A stretch of DNA of 36,994 bases from contig JAADHT010000218.1 in assembly GCA_013151705.1 (NCBI GenBank), positions 1 to 36,994 on the forward strand. Reading direction: 5' to 3'. A program made the position numbers and the translations under genes. Below, one piece after another: positions 1 to 9,353 of the stretch; within the stretch, counting starts at the first letter, position 1; the number at the start of each line of letters is the position of its first letter. Source of the DNA: Kiritimatiellota bacterium (lineage in GTDB: Bacteria; Verrucomicrobiota; Lentisphaeria; Victivallales; JAADHT01). Under the pieces are notes generated by a model. It ran no database searches and was not told where the DNA came from. It saw only the letters and a program-made list of their open reading frames with translations.

Positions 1-115
1 ATTGCGCGCGATTCTCGCGGAAGGCGAACTGGCGCTTCGCTCGGAATGACCAAAGCAAACGTAAACTGATATAACTATAGCGCGCACTCTTAGCAGAACA
101 AAGTTCAGCTTCTTT

Positions 116-154
116 AAGGTGTGAAACACCTTTCTTTTCCCGCGGCGAAGCCGC
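116..154 (+). terminator. Possible rho-independent terminator (two adjacent GAA-loop hairpins) for a gene ending off the left edge
   Basis: The hairpin aaggtgt-gaa-acacctt (116-132) is followed by tcttttcc. A second hairpin, gcggc-gaa-gccgc, lies at 142-154. No convincing CDS overlaps this stretch. Confidence 0.35.
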
Positions 155-238
155 TCCTTAAGAGAAGATAAAACTCCATCAGTCTAGCCGTTTTTCCGTT
201 TCCATCTCCAAACGGGTGTATCCAAGCTATATAAACAT

Positions 239-259
239 GAGCCAGTTGCAAAAGTCTGA
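239..259 (+). repeat. Copy A of the dispersed 21-bp motif GAGCCAGTTGCAAAAGTCTGA, with a degenerate inverted partner at 295-315
   Basis: Exact match to the consensus shared with 9310-9330, 31696-31716, 31781-31801 and 32810-32830. The flank acgaccgtg resembles the flanks of copies B and C. Confidence 0.7.
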
Positions 260-491
260 ACGACCGTGCGACATCCCATTATGAGTGGCAATTGATGAAG
301 TTTGCGAATCAGCTCAGGGGAAACATATGCGGTTTGGAGTTTATCCGCCTCAGGAGGGTGCGAGATTCCTGTATCGCTTTCTATTGAAAGCCGTTGGACA
401 AATAAAAAAACAGATGTATGATTAATTGTCTCAGAGTTGTTTGGCAATGGTAGCGGAAAAATTGTTTTCAATCCAAAACAGGAGGTGTCTT

Positions 492-827
492 ATGTTTGGA
501 GACGGCATCAGGAGGAATGGGGCATGGTTGTTGTTGGCGGCGCTGTGCGTGTCGGTTTCGGTTCTGACTCAAACGCTGCTCGCCGGAAGCAGCGATCGCG
601 ACAGAGAGGGTTCTTCCCGCGGAAGGCGCGGCGGCATGCAGGGAATGATGGGCGGTCCGGCCACGATGGTCGCCAGCGACGGCTTTATTTTCATTATGAA
701 AGGGCGAACTCTGTACAAAGTGGACGCGTCAACATTGAAAGTAAGCAAAAAAGCGACGATTGAATTCCAACGTCCGGACGGCAACCGTTCCAGAAACAAT
801 AGCAGACGCGGAGCCGACGACTGGTAG
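492..827 (+). CDS. Small secreted Gly/Met/Arg-rich protein of unknown function (111 aa)
   Basis: The ATG at 492 lies 7 nt after a strong aggagg RBS (480-485). The N-terminus RRNGAWLLLAALCVSVSVLTQTLLAGS looks like a signal peptide. I recognise no family. Confidence 0.5.
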   Translation: MFGDGIRRNGAWLLLAALCVSVSVLTQTLLAGSSDRDREGSSRGRRGGMQGMMGGPATMVASDGFIFIMKGRTLYKVDASTLKVSKKATIEFQRPDGNRSRNNSRRGADDW

Positions 828-1087
828 GGGTTCGAGAAAATCGCTCTGTCCCGCTTGAAAAGCACAAGACTTCCTCGCATACTTAAAATGCTATTTTAAC
901 TTTTCAAGGAAGAATTGGCGAAATGATCGAGCGAGCGGTATTACGGGAAATATGGCTCTTCCCGATTTTACGCGTTTTACTTGACCGCTCTCCATCTCCG
1001 GCGAACTTTCTTGTTTTGGGAAGCTCATCGCCCGATTTAATCACCAATAGTTCGAAACATTGGCTGGAAGAAATAGAATTTGTGGAT

Positions 1088-1594
1088 ATGACTGACACAA
1101 TCTCAAAATCGAAGCGTTCATGGGTGATGAGCCGAATAGGTTCCGAAAACACGAAGCCTGAAAAACGGGTGCGCTCTCTGCTCTATGCTATGGGATACAG
1201 ATTCCGTCTGCACAGAAAGGATTTGCCCGGAAAGCCGGACATAACGTTGGCGAAACACAAGACGGCGATCTTTGTCCATGGATGCTTCTGGCACCGACAC
1301 GAAAACTGCTCGAAAAACAGACTCCCGAAAAGCAACATCGACTTCTGGCGAGAGAAATTCGACAAAAACGTGGCACGCGACGCTGAAAACATCCGCGAAC
1401 TTCGCGGACTCGGCTGGAGGGTCGAGGTGATATGGGAATGCGAAACATCCGACTTGGACGCGTTGAAACAACGCTTGTCTGAGATATTCGAACCAATGTC
1501 GATCGTATATAAAGCGAATGTGGCCGATATCGAAAAGACGCCTATTGCGGCCGAGCCGGAAAACAAGGAGTTTTATGAAAATCGAGATAATTAG
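1088..1594 (+). CDS. vsr: Very short patch repair (Vsr) DNA mismatch endonuclease
   Basis: Vsr hallmarks are present: [63 protein letters not shown] and [12 protein letters not shown] chose the internal ATG at 1088 because the upstream part of the ORF shows no homology-like content. Confidence 0.9.
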   Translation: MTDTISKSKRSWVMSRIGSENTKPEKRVRSLLYAMGYRFRLHRKDLPGKPDITLAKHKTAIFVHGCFWHRHENCSKNRLPKSNIDFWREKFDKNVARDAENIRELRGLGWRVEVIWECETSDLDALKQRLSEIFEPMSIVYKANVADIEKTPIAAEPENKEFYENRDN

Positions 1595-2465
1595 AACCCC
1601 GTCCGAAACATCAATGCAACCGGTGACATCAACCAGAGAATTAATCCATTGCCAACTTGGCGGAGGCGAGTTGAAAGATGTCGTCGAGACCCGTTTCGCG
1701 AAACTCGCGGGAAGCGGGATTTTCGGAGTGAAGGATTTCTTCTGGCCATCCGACGATTTGCTGGAGGAGATGTTGAACGCGTCGTCGCCGGTCTTGGCCG
1801 AACAGGGCACTGGTTCTCCGTTGATCTGGTTGTCCGAATCGGGCGCGTTACCGGCCGAGGACTGCGTCAAAATACCCGTCAACGACGCGTCGTTCTCAAT
1901 CCGTTATCCCTGGGACCTTTTGAAGGTGAACGAAATCGTCATCGCCGGACTTTCCGAAAGCCGAATCGACGGCGAGGTGTCGGAGAACGTCACCATCCGA
2001 GGAAATATTATTTTGGGAGCGGGCAGCGTTCTCTTGCCCGGCGTCTACATAGAAGGCAACGCGGCGATTGGAGAAAACTGTAAAATAGGCCCTAACTGCT
2101 ATATCCGTGGAAACACCCATATCGGAAACGAGTGCCATATCGGCCAAGCGGTGGAAATAAAAAACTCGATTTTGATGAATAGGGTCTCGACCGGACACCT
2201 CTCGTATGTTGGAGACTCAATAATCGGAGAGGAAACCAATTTGGGCGCCGGAACCATCACCGCCAACTTCAGACACGATGGGAAAAAACACCGCTCGGAT
2301 GTTAATGGCGAACTAGTGGACACCGGTAGACGGAAATTCGGATGCGTGATGGGCGACAACGCGCACACCGGAATACACACCAGCGTTTATCCGGGAAGGA
2401 AAATATGGCCGAACGCGTCCACTCTTCCAGGTGAAATCGTCAAAAAAGACAAACACCCGGAATAA
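1575..2465 (+). CDS. Sugar-nucleotidyltransferase-like N-domain fused to a left-handed beta-helix (hexapeptide repeat, GlmU C-terminal-like) transferase
   Basis: The ATG at 1575 is preceded by an aaggag RBS (1565-1570). Hexapeptide repeats include [61 protein letters not shown] and [19 protein letters not shown]. The gene overlaps the vsr 3' end by 20 nt. Confidence 0.8.
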   Translation: MKIEIIRTPSETSMQPVTSTRELIHCQLGGGELKDVVETRFAKLAGSGIFGVKDFFWPSDDLLEEMLNASSPVLAEQGTGSPLIWLSESGALPAEDCVKIPVNDASFSIRYPWDLLKVNEIVIAGLSESRIDGEVSENVTIRGNIILGAGSVLLPGVYIEGNAAIGENCKIGPNCYIRGNTHIGNECHIGQAVEIKNSILMNRVSTGHLSYVGDSIIGEETNLGAGTITANFRHDGKKHRSDVNGELVDTGRRKFGCVMGDNAHTGIHTSVYPGRKIWPNASTLPGEIVKKDKHPE

Positions 2466-2502
2466 GAGCGATTCCCCATTAGTTGTTAAATTTTCACGGT
2501 AT

Positions 2503-2709
2503 CTATTTGTTCATCGTCACGCCGGGCCGCGTCGGTTCTGAATGGTGTCGCGGGTAAATTCTCTTTATTGTACAAATCGCATTCCCCGGCGAGTCGGCAA
2601 CGACTAGATTCATTTTTTCCCCATCGGCACCCCAAAGTCCCCCGGCGCCCGACAAATCGAAAACGAAAATCGCGGCCACGAGCAAAAAACCTCGTAAATT
2701 GCGCGACAT
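2503..2709 (-). CDS. Small hypothetical protein with an N-terminal signal or TM segment (68 aa)
   Basis: On the minus strand, gaaggagattcattATG gives an AGGAG RBS 7 nt before the start. The N-terminus is hydrophobic (LRGFLLVAAIFVFDLSGAGG). I recognise no family. Confidence 0.4.
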   Translation of the reverse strand: MSRNLRGFLLVAAIFVFDLSGAGGLWGADGEKMNLVVADSPGNAICTIKRIYPRHHSEPTRPGVTMNK

Positions 2710-2883
2710 AATGAATCTCCTTCATAAAAACCGACATAAACATTTCTTATTTAAAACCACATTGGCACCGTGCTCAACGCCCAAATTGACTTCCACGTTT
2801 TTAGAGCCGCGACATGTGCGAGGGCACTTTCCGCCGTCGCTCGTTGAGCTATGGCGGGACGCGGTCGGCGAAAGCGCCCTACT

Positions 2884-3660
2884 CTATTTCGCGGGGGCGG
2901 GTTTCGGATAAACTTGGCGTTTGTCGCTTCCGTCGGCGTTCATCGAGATTATTTTGTCATCCTCCACAAATGCCAGACGCTCATCGTCTATCCATACGGC
3001 GCGCGAGTTTTGTTTTCGCGCTTTCGTTTGATAAGTGATTTCGCCTTTGTCGAATATGGTCGTGACAAAGGTGGTGCCTTTGTAAAAATGATCAATCACC
3101 GCTACCCTGTCGTTGTTCGGAGATAGATACACGTACCGATAATCGCTTTTCGAAAATTTCGCCAACACGCTTTTTTCGCCGATGGCGTCCAACAACTCCT
3201 CGCGGATGAGTGGATCTAGCCCGGACGTCGGCTCGTCGAGCAGTAACAGCTCGGGTTTGGGAGCCAAAGCGATGATCATCGCGAGTTCTCCGCGCGAAAG
3301 GCTCTTGACTTTGGCGCTCGTCGGCAGTTTAAGCAGTTCAAGGAGCCGCGAGCACTCGGTGGCGTCCCAGCTCTCGTAGATGCCTGCGGTCATCTTCAAA
3401 ACCTGCCCCACCTTCATCCATTCGTAGATGTGGTGTTTCTCCGGCACGTATCCGCAACGCTGCTTTATTTCCAGCGCGTGTTTCGCGGGCGAGAGTCCAA
3501 AGACGCGAACTTCGCCGGAAGTGGGTGGAAGTATATTCAGAAGAAGTTTGAGCAGCGTGGTTTTTCCGGCTCCGTTCGGACCGACCAACCCGCATGCGCA
3601 ACCTGCGGAATAAAGTTTTCGAATATGCGAAATTCCCGTTCTTTTCGGAATATACATCAT
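2884..3660 (-). pseudogene. Degenerate, chimeric ABC-transporter ATPase remnant fused in frame to a PD40/TolB-like beta-propeller fragment
   Basis: Walker A (GPNGAGKTT), a shortened signature region (LSRGELAMIIALA) and Walker B plus D-loop (LLLLDEPTSGLDP) are present. The N-terminal beta-strands are missing and there is no H-loop. The C-terminal 90 aa (AVWIDDERLAFVEDDKIISMNADGSDKRQVY) looks like a PD40 repeat instead. Confidence 0.55.
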
Positions 3661-3703
3661 CAACCGGCAAACGCAAACGAACCGCGAACAGGAACTTAAA
3701 ATA

Positions 3704-4450
3704 TCATTGGAGATCGTCGGCAAATGTGATTTTCGGGTTGTCGCCGCGATACTCGAAGAGAAACGGCCGATGCCCCGCCAGCTCCATGACTCCGGCGTCG
3801 TCTGTTGGATTAACTCCGCTTTCAATCGCTTGCTCGCAGGCTTCGCGAAGTTCGCGGGTTTTGAATATCTGCGGAGTCTCCACGCTCCAGATATCGCTCC
3901 TATCGAGCGTCTCCAGAACGAAGCCGTCGTCGTCCGTTCTTTTCAACGTGTCGGTCATCCGTTTCGCCGCGACGGCTCCACCATGCTTTCTAGCGGCGGC
4001 CAGACAGTCAAGCATCAACTTTCGGGTGCCCAAAGGGCGGGCGGCGTCGTGGACCGCCGCGAATCCAGCGGATTCGGGCAAGGCGCGCAAAGCGTTTAGA
4101 ACGGATTCCGCGCGGGTGGCTCCGCCGGAGACAATCCTCGGGCGGTTTTCGACGGGCAGTCGGTCCAAATGTTTTTCGAACACCGGGATGTCGTCCGGTT
4201 TCACCGCTATGACGAAGGCTCCGGACGGAGTCAAACCGGCGAACTCAAGCACCGAGAACATAAACAACGGCAGATCCGCGAATTCCGCGAGTTCGCTGGC
4301 GTTGAGTTCCGTACGCCGCTCCGCGAGAGAGTTCGATGAGACGAGCAGTTTTGAGACACCGGCGGCGTCGGCGAAGCGGGTTCCGGAGCCGCCAGCCGCT
4401 AAAACTATGCCTAGATCCTCAATGATTGAAGGTGATTCGCTCAACGTCAT
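3704..4450 (-). CDS. ispD: 2-C-methyl-D-erythritol 4-phosphate cytidylyltransferase
   Basis: IspD-like motifs are GIVLAAGGSGTRF, RIVSGGATRAESV, AVHDAARP, VAAKRMTDTLK, WSVETPQIF and NPTDDAGVME. The start is set at MTLSESPS (4450). Confidence 0.85.
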   Translation of the reverse strand: MTLSESPSIIEDLGIVLAAGGSGTRFADAAGVSKLLVSSNSLAERRTELNASELAEFADLPLFMFSVLEFAGLTPSGAFVIAVKPDDIPVFEKHLDRLPVENRPRIVSGGATRAESVLNALRALPESAGFAAVHDAARPLGTRKLMLDCLAAARKHGGAVAAKRMTDTLKRTDDDGFVLETLDRSDIWSVETPQIFKTRELREACEQAIESGVNPTDDAGVMELAGHRPFLFEYRGDNPKITFADDLQ

Positions 4451-4517
4451 TCTCCGTTTTTTCAGTAGTGGAATATCGTCCTGAAAGCGGCATCCCAAAC
4501 CACCGCGGAAACCAGAT

Positions 4518-5747
4518 TCAATTCCCGAGTTTTGTTTTCCGCAGCGAGCCGTGATGTCCGCTTTTATTCGCTCCGTCTTTCCGGAACGCTCCACCACGGG
4601 TTCCATGTTGCGGCCAGAACTCCTCCAGCTCGATATTTCGGGGAGCGACATTGTTCTGCAACGTCATCAACTCCCTGGCGTGGCGATATCTTTTGCTCTG
4701 TAGAATTTTCTCCCTGCGTTTCATCGCCAACATCGATGGTTGCATAAGCAGCATCCCCACGGAAGACGCGATGATTCTTTTTGGAAAGGAGTACGGGCTC
4801 AACACTTCGTTGATGACGCGTCGAATCTCCTTTTCGATTCCGAAACGGTAGTTCCACATGCTCAAGCGGATGTTCTCAATGTTTTCGGACAAGCGTCCCG
4901 CGACGAATGGGAGAGCGGCCGTGGCGATGGCGAGAGAGATGCTGTCGCGGTACTTTCCGGCCAGAAGCCTGGAATTGCGTTCGGCGAGCAACTCCAGCAT
5001 ATATTCGCGTTCCGGCGCGGCCCAGCGTTCATTCATAAACGGAAGATAGTATGCCAGAAAGCCGTAATCCCGAAATGCCGGAAGGATTTTGTCTGAATAC
5101 GGACTTTTGATGATTTTCTCGAATTCAAGCGCCAATCGCGAATGGGAGCAGCGGGTTATCAATGGCAGGGAGGTTGAAAGGGCGGAGCCCGTCTCCGGCT
5201 CCAGGGAGAAACCGTACTGCCCGACCAGTTTCAAGGCTCTGAGGATTCGAACCGGATCCTCGTTGAATCGCTCCAGTGGATTTCCCACCGCTCTGACTTT
5301 TTTCGCTTTCAAATCCTCGATGCCCTTGCCGGTATGGTCGATTATCTCTCCAGTACCCGGATCGTAGAAGATGGCGTTGACGGTGAAATCCCTCCGCCAG
5401 GCATCCTCCACCGAAGTGCCGAAATCGTTGTCAACCGGCAGCATTTCGCCGTCGCGCGTCTTTTGAGGGGCTTTTCTGAAGGTACTAATCTCGATGATTT
5501 CATTTCCATGATAGAGGTGGACAAGCCTGAAGCGTTTGCCGATGATCCTGGCCCGTCGTCGTCCGAAGACGTCTCTGGTCCGCTCGGGCGTGGCGGCCGT
5601 GGAGAGGTCGTAGTCTTTGGGAACGCGGCCGAAAAGAAGGTCGCGCACGGCACCGCCAACGAGAAGTGTCTCAAAGCCGGCGTTCCGCAGTTGTTCCACT
5701 ATATCGGCCACGTGTGGAGCGATCTTGATGTTTCGTTTCAAAGACAT
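4518..5747 (-). CDS. pcnB: Poly(A) polymerase I / tRNA nucleotidyltransferase family protein (PcnB-like)
   Basis: The matches run along most of the length of E. coli PcnB as I remember it. They include LVGGAVRDLLFGRVPKDYDLSTAATPE, IIGKRFRLVHLYHGNEIIEISTFRK, RRDFTVNAIFYD, NEDPVRILRALK and a C-terminal FPKR motif. Confidence 0.8.
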   Translation of the reverse strand: MSLKRNIKIAPHVADIVEQLRNAGFETLLVGGAVRDLLFGRVPKDYDLSTAATPERTRDVFGRRRARIIGKRFRLVHLYHGNEIIEISTFRKAPQKTRDGEMLPVDNDFGTSVEDAWRRDFTVNAIFYDPGTGEIIDHTGKGIEDLKAKKVRAVGNPLERFNEDPVRILRALKLVGQYGFSLEPETGSALSTSLPLITRCSHSRLALEFEKIIKSPYSDKILPAFRDYGFLAYYLPFMNERWAAPEREYMLELLAERNSRLLAGKYRDSISLAIATAALPFVAGRLSENIENIRLSMWNYRFGIEKEIRRVINEVLSPYSFPKRIIASSVGMLLMQPSMLAMKRREKILQSKRYRHARELMTLQNNVAPRNIELEEFWPQHGTRGGAFRKDGANKSGHHGSLRKTKLGN

Positions 5748-6164
5748 GCCGTTAAAAGCCTGTTTTTCCGAATTCCGCGACGAATTTCAACGTCCCGGTG
5801 GTCTCCATTGTCATTCGAACCTGGATCCGCTGGAATTCAGGTCGAACTTCACTCTTGATTCGGGACGATGCGAATATGACGATTTCACAGGCGCTGAATG
5901 TAGCCTTGAAGCACACAAACGCAACGGTCGAACTTAAAAAACATCCAATTTTAATAATAAATACATTTGCCTACGCAAACAATGGAGATATATTCACCGT
6001 TAGTCGGGTCGAAAGGTGATGCGACAATCGAAGTATCCAAGCGCTATTGTGAAAAAAATACAGGAACAAGATATTTGAACTCTGGTTTTTTCAGGTTTTG
6101 GCGCTGGAAATTGGTTCTTGAAACCGCCGAAAGATATTTAAAGTCGAAAACAGGAGGGTAGAAA

Positions 6165-6989
6165 ATGGCTTCAATGATGACGGGGTTCAATCTAGTGGTC
6201 GGGGGCATTATGCTCGTTTCCTTCATAGGAATGATCATCTGCTCGAAAAAACAGCATGTCACGCCAGCAGCCAAGCCGGGGGCGGTAGTGTTGTTGTTGG
6301 TCGTGGTTAGTTGCGCGATAACATTTATGGTTCATAACATGAGCGATGGAGACACCAAGGGATTGATTGAAAACGAATTGAAATTCGCGAAATCATCAAC
6401 CTACGTGCTGGGAAAATATCTCGCGAAGGCCATGCCGCACGCCAAAGTGCTTGTGATAGTCGGATCGGGAAACGAGAACAACAAACGTCAGAAGGTTTTG
6501 ATCGACAGTCTGAAGGAGGGTTTCGGCTCGGCGATAACAAACATAAAGGTCGAAGCTCCCAAATTGAAAACTCCAAAAGGGCCGGACGGCAAACCGATGC
6601 CCGATATGATGATGCCTATGGAGGAGATGATAAAGGCGTCGGATTTCAACAAGCTCATAGCCAAGAACAAATCCTGCAACCTCATCATCACGCTCATCGG
6701 TCTTCCAATGGACACGGGAGGTCTGAAAATCTGGAATCAGTTCAAAAGCAATCCGAAAAAGACGCCGAAACTTTGCATCGTGAACGGAGATGTCTCTATG
6801 TTCGGATTCTATATAGCCAAAGGATTGATGCCCGCTGTTGTCACATTCAAGCCCGATGCTAAGTACACCGAGGATCCGGCTCCCGAGGATATGCAGGAGG
6901 CCTTCGACAAACGCTATCTTCTCGTGACCTCGAAAAACATCAAGGAAATAGCGAAGAAATACAATCAGATATTCCGCAAAGCGAAATAG
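6165..6989 (+). CDS. Membrane-anchored hypothetical protein (two N-terminal TM helices plus a periplasmic-binding-protein-like alpha/beta domain)
   Basis: A strong RBS (aggaggg) lies 6 nt upstream of the ATG. There are two hydrophobic helices, then alternating beta/alpha-like segments (KVLVIVGSG, NLIITLIGLP, KLCIVNGD). I recognise no family. Confidence 0.75.
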   Translation: MASMMTGFNLVVGGIMLVSFIGMIICSKKQHVTPAAKPGAVVLLLVVVSCAITFMVHNMSDGDTKGLIENELKFAKSSTYVLGKYLAKAMPHAKVLVIVGSGNENNKRQKVLIDSLKEGFGSAITNIKVEAPKLKTPKGPDGKPMPDMMMPMEEMIKASDFNKLIAKNKSCNLIITLIGLPMDTGGLKIWNQFKSNPKKTPKLCIVNGDVSMFGFYIAKGLMPAVVTFKPDAKYTEDPAPEDMQEAFDKRYLLVTSKNIKEIAKKYNQIFRKAK

Positions 6990-7232
6990 TTTGATGTCGC
7001 GGCGGAGCCGTCCAAAACGCGCTCCGGCGATCTATTGAAGCCGCATGGAGAAGGATCGCTTTTGCGCGTCCTTTTTCTTGTGGTCTTCTTTTGTGGTGGT
7101 AGGAATCTCATTTTTGGCAATACTGTGTGCGGAGAAAATGATTTGAACATCCAATACCCGCCGCATACCGGCAACTCCGCTCTTCATCAGTTTTGGGTTG
7201 ATTTGTCCGACTGGACGGAGGGAATATCCAAT

Positions 7233-7420
7233 AATGAACGAAGAACTCCAGACTTCTCATCCAAAACTACGTGAACAGCCCTCATCTTCAACGCCCGCCC
7301 TCTCCCCGCTTGCCGCCGCAAGCGTAGTCCTCGGGATAGTCGAGTCGCAAAGTGAGAACAACAAACGTCAAGGAAATCGCCAAGAAATACAAAGAGCGGA
7401 TATTTCGGGCGGAGAGATAG
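7233..7420 (+). pseudogene. Decayed, internally deleted paralog remnant of the 6165-6989 gene
   Basis: 7317-7371 aligns with 6441-6489 (shared gagaacaacaaacgtca; VVLGIVESQSENNKRQ versus VLVIVGSGNENNKRQ). 7370-7420 aligns with 6943-6989 in a +1 frame (KEIAKKYKERIFRAER* versus KEIAKKYNQIFRKAK*). Confidence 0.55.
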
Positions 7421-7428
7421 ACGGATGA

Positions 7429-8289
7429 ATGGAGCGACGATTGAAATTCAGTAAAATGCACGGGGCCGGCAACGATTTCATCGTAGTCGATGACAGCGCT
7501 GAAAATTGCTTCCGCGCCCCTAGTTTCATATCGCTGCTGTGCGATCGACGCAGAGGCATCGGAGCCGATGGGCTCATTTCGATATCGCGTATTGAAGGCG
7601 ATTTTGTTTCGAACGCGTCATCGGCCGACATGCGTCTGCGCATGGATTTCTTCAACAGCGACGGGCGGATGGCGGATACTTGCGGCAACGGGTTGCGTTG
7701 CGCCGCGCTTTTCGCGGCGAAACATATGAACGCCGGCAAAAAAGTGCTGTTCGAAACCGGCGCTGGCGAATCGTTGGCGGAAGTGCTAGCGGACTCCAAA
7801 ATCCGAGTGGAGATTCCGTTGATCAAGGAGCCGGAAAGAATGACGCTTGACGGTTTTGAATGCTTCTTTGTCAACACCGGGGTACCCCATCTCGTGGTCA
7901 AAGTCGAAGATCTGACGAATTTCGACGTCAAAGGAATCGGACGCGTCCTGCGCAATAATTCCCGTCTCGCCCCAGAGGGAGCGAATGTCGATTTCGTGGA
8001 ATTTTCAGTTGAATTGAATAATCTCGCTTCCATAAGAACCTTTGAGCGGGGAGTCGAGGACGAAACCCTCGCTTGCGGCACGGGCGCGGCGGCGGCAGCC
8101 GTCTGCGCCGTCTCTTTTTTGAACAAACGATCGCCTCTGGATTTCAAAACGGCGGGAGGAGATGTTTTGGCTATTGATTTTTCGTTGGAAGAAGGTATTG
8201 TGTCGACAGAGTCCCGTTTGTCGCTCACAGGGCCCGCGGTGGAGGTGTGCTCCGGGGTGTTGAGCGGCGGCTTTCGAGAATCGTCTTGA
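7429..8289 (+). CDS. dapF: Diaminopimelate epimerase
   Basis: The motifs FSKMHGAGNDFIVVD, CGNGLRCAA, FFVNTGVPHLV and ETLACGTGAAAAA include both catalytic Cys motifs. Confidence 0.9.
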   Translation: MERRLKFSKMHGAGNDFIVVDDSAENCFRAPSFISLLCDRRRGIGADGLISISRIEGDFVSNASSADMRLRMDFFNSDGRMADTCGNGLRCAALFAAKHMNAGKKVLFETGAGESLAEVLADSKIRVEIPLIKEPERMTLDGFECFFVNTGVPHLVVKVEDLTNFDVKGIGRVLRNNSRLAPEGANVDFVEFSVELNNLASIRTFERGVEDETLACGTGAAAAAVCAVSFLNKRSPLDFKTAGGDVLAIDFSLEEGIVSTESRLSLTGPAVEVCSGVLSGGFRESS

Positions 8290-8371
8290 TATCCGCGATC
8301 GGCAAGCGAACGGCATCGATGATAGCGGAGTCGCCGACGGATGATTGTTCAACATATTGAGGTTACGAAAA

Positions 8372-9238
8372 ATGAAACTAGCAGGTGTTTTCACGGCGAT
8401 GGTAACGCCTTTCGACAACGGAAGTGTCGATTTCGGCAAAATCGGAGAACTTGTCAAAATGCAACTCGAGGGCGGGATCGACGGGCTTGTGCCCGTCGGC
8501 ACGACCGGTGAGTCTCCGACACTCGCTATGGACGAGCATGTAAAGGTTATCGAGACGGTTGTGAACGCGGCCGGCGGCAACTGCCTCGTAATAGCCGGAA
8601 CCGGGGCCAACTCGACCGCCGAGGCGGTGGAGTTGACCAATATCGCAAAATCGATCGGCGCCGACGCCACCTTGCAGGTCACTCCGTACTACAACAAGCC
8701 GCCGCAGGAGGGATTGTATCGGCACTTCTCAACGGTGGCGGATGAATGTGGTCTGCCTGTGGTGCTCTACAACGTTCCAGGTCGTTCCGGCGTTCCGATA
8801 GCCATACCAACAATCGCCAAACTGGCTTCCAACCCGAATATAATCTGTGTGAAGGAAGCCGGCGGCAGCGCCGACAGGGTCAGTCAAATACTCGATGCTT
8901 GTGATATAACCGTTCTGAGCGGCGACGATTCCCTCACTCTTCCAATGATGTCGATAGGGGCCACCGGCATAATAAGCGTCGCCTCCAACCTGCTGCCGGC
9001 GAGGGTGAAGGCTATGGTGGCCGCGTTTTCCGCCGGCGACGCGGCGAAGGCGATGGAACTTCATCGGGAGCTGTACCCGTTTTTCCGGGACATATTCATC
9101 GAGACAAATCCCGTTCCAATAAAAGCGGCTATGGCCCGCAAAAATTTGATCAAAGAGGAATACCGTCTCCCCTTGTGTCCGATTAGCGCGGCCAATATGG
9201 AGATTCTGGCCACCACTATGGACGCGGTGGGGATTTAA
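8372..9238 (+). CDS. dapA: 4-hydroxy-tetrahydrodipicolinate synthase
   Basis: Motifs are GVFTAMVTPF, GLVPVGTTGESPTL, VIAGTGANST, QVTPYYNKP, LYNVPGRSG and ICVKEAGG. The ATG at 8372 was chosen over the upstream TTG. Confidence 0.92.
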   Translation: MKLAGVFTAMVTPFDNGSVDFGKIGELVKMQLEGGIDGLVPVGTTGESPTLAMDEHVKVIETVVNAAGGNCLVIAGTGANSTAEAVELTNIAKSIGADATLQVTPYYNKPPQEGLYRHFSTVADECGLPVVLYNVPGRSGVPIAIPTIAKLASNPNIICVKEAGGSADRVSQILDACDITVLSGDDSLTLPMMSIGATGIISVASNLLPARVKAMVAAFSAGDAAKAMELHRELYPFFRDIFIETNPVPIKAAMARKNLIKEEYRLPLCPISAANMEILATTMDAVGI

Positions 9239-9309
9239 GCGGGAGTGTCCTCGACGAACACTATAATATTTAGCCCCCTTCGGTTGTGGCGATGTTTTGT
9301 CCGGTTCGC

Positions 9310-9330
9310 TCAGACTTTTGCAACTGGCTC
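9310..9330 (-). repeat. Copy B of the dispersed 21-bp motif (reverse orientation)
   Basis: tcagacttttgcaactggctc is the exact reverse complement of copy A. It lies 23 nt upstream of the PSP1 gene start. Confidence 0.7.
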
Positions 9331-9353
9331 ATTATTTAAGGATACGCGCGTAA

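Noticed and set aside
2-49. Possible 3' end of a + strand CDS (…LRAILAEGELALRSE*) at the left edge
   Set aside because: Only 16 codons are visible and the frame cannot be chosen with confidence. It is not reported as a feature.
239-259. The 21-bp motif ends in GTCTGAA, reminiscent of the Neisseria DNA uptake sequence GCCGTCTGAA. It also occurs as an inverted pair.
   Set aside because: The resemblance covers 7 nt only. All copies are intergenic and carry extended flanks typical of REP/MITE elements. Nothing suggests the organism is related to Neisseriaceae.
184-471. 95-aa minus-strand ORF in the left intergenic region
   Set aside because: It has no RBS and no motifs. It overlaps repeat copy A and the RBS/start region of the 492-827 gene, so it is more likely non-coding.
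1118-1882. Long minus-strand ORF (254 aa) spanning vsr and the LbH gene. Similar long antisense ORFs occur at 3594-4484 (+), 7368-8228 (-), 8005-8682 (-), 12537-13193 (+), 26558-27043 (-), 28508-29056 (-), 33040-33771 (-) and 34318-34827 (-).
   Set aside because: Each lies entirely antisense to a gene with strong family motifs. Each has Arg/Ser/Pro-rich low-information translations, no RBS and no recognisable motifs. These are typical shadow ORFs.
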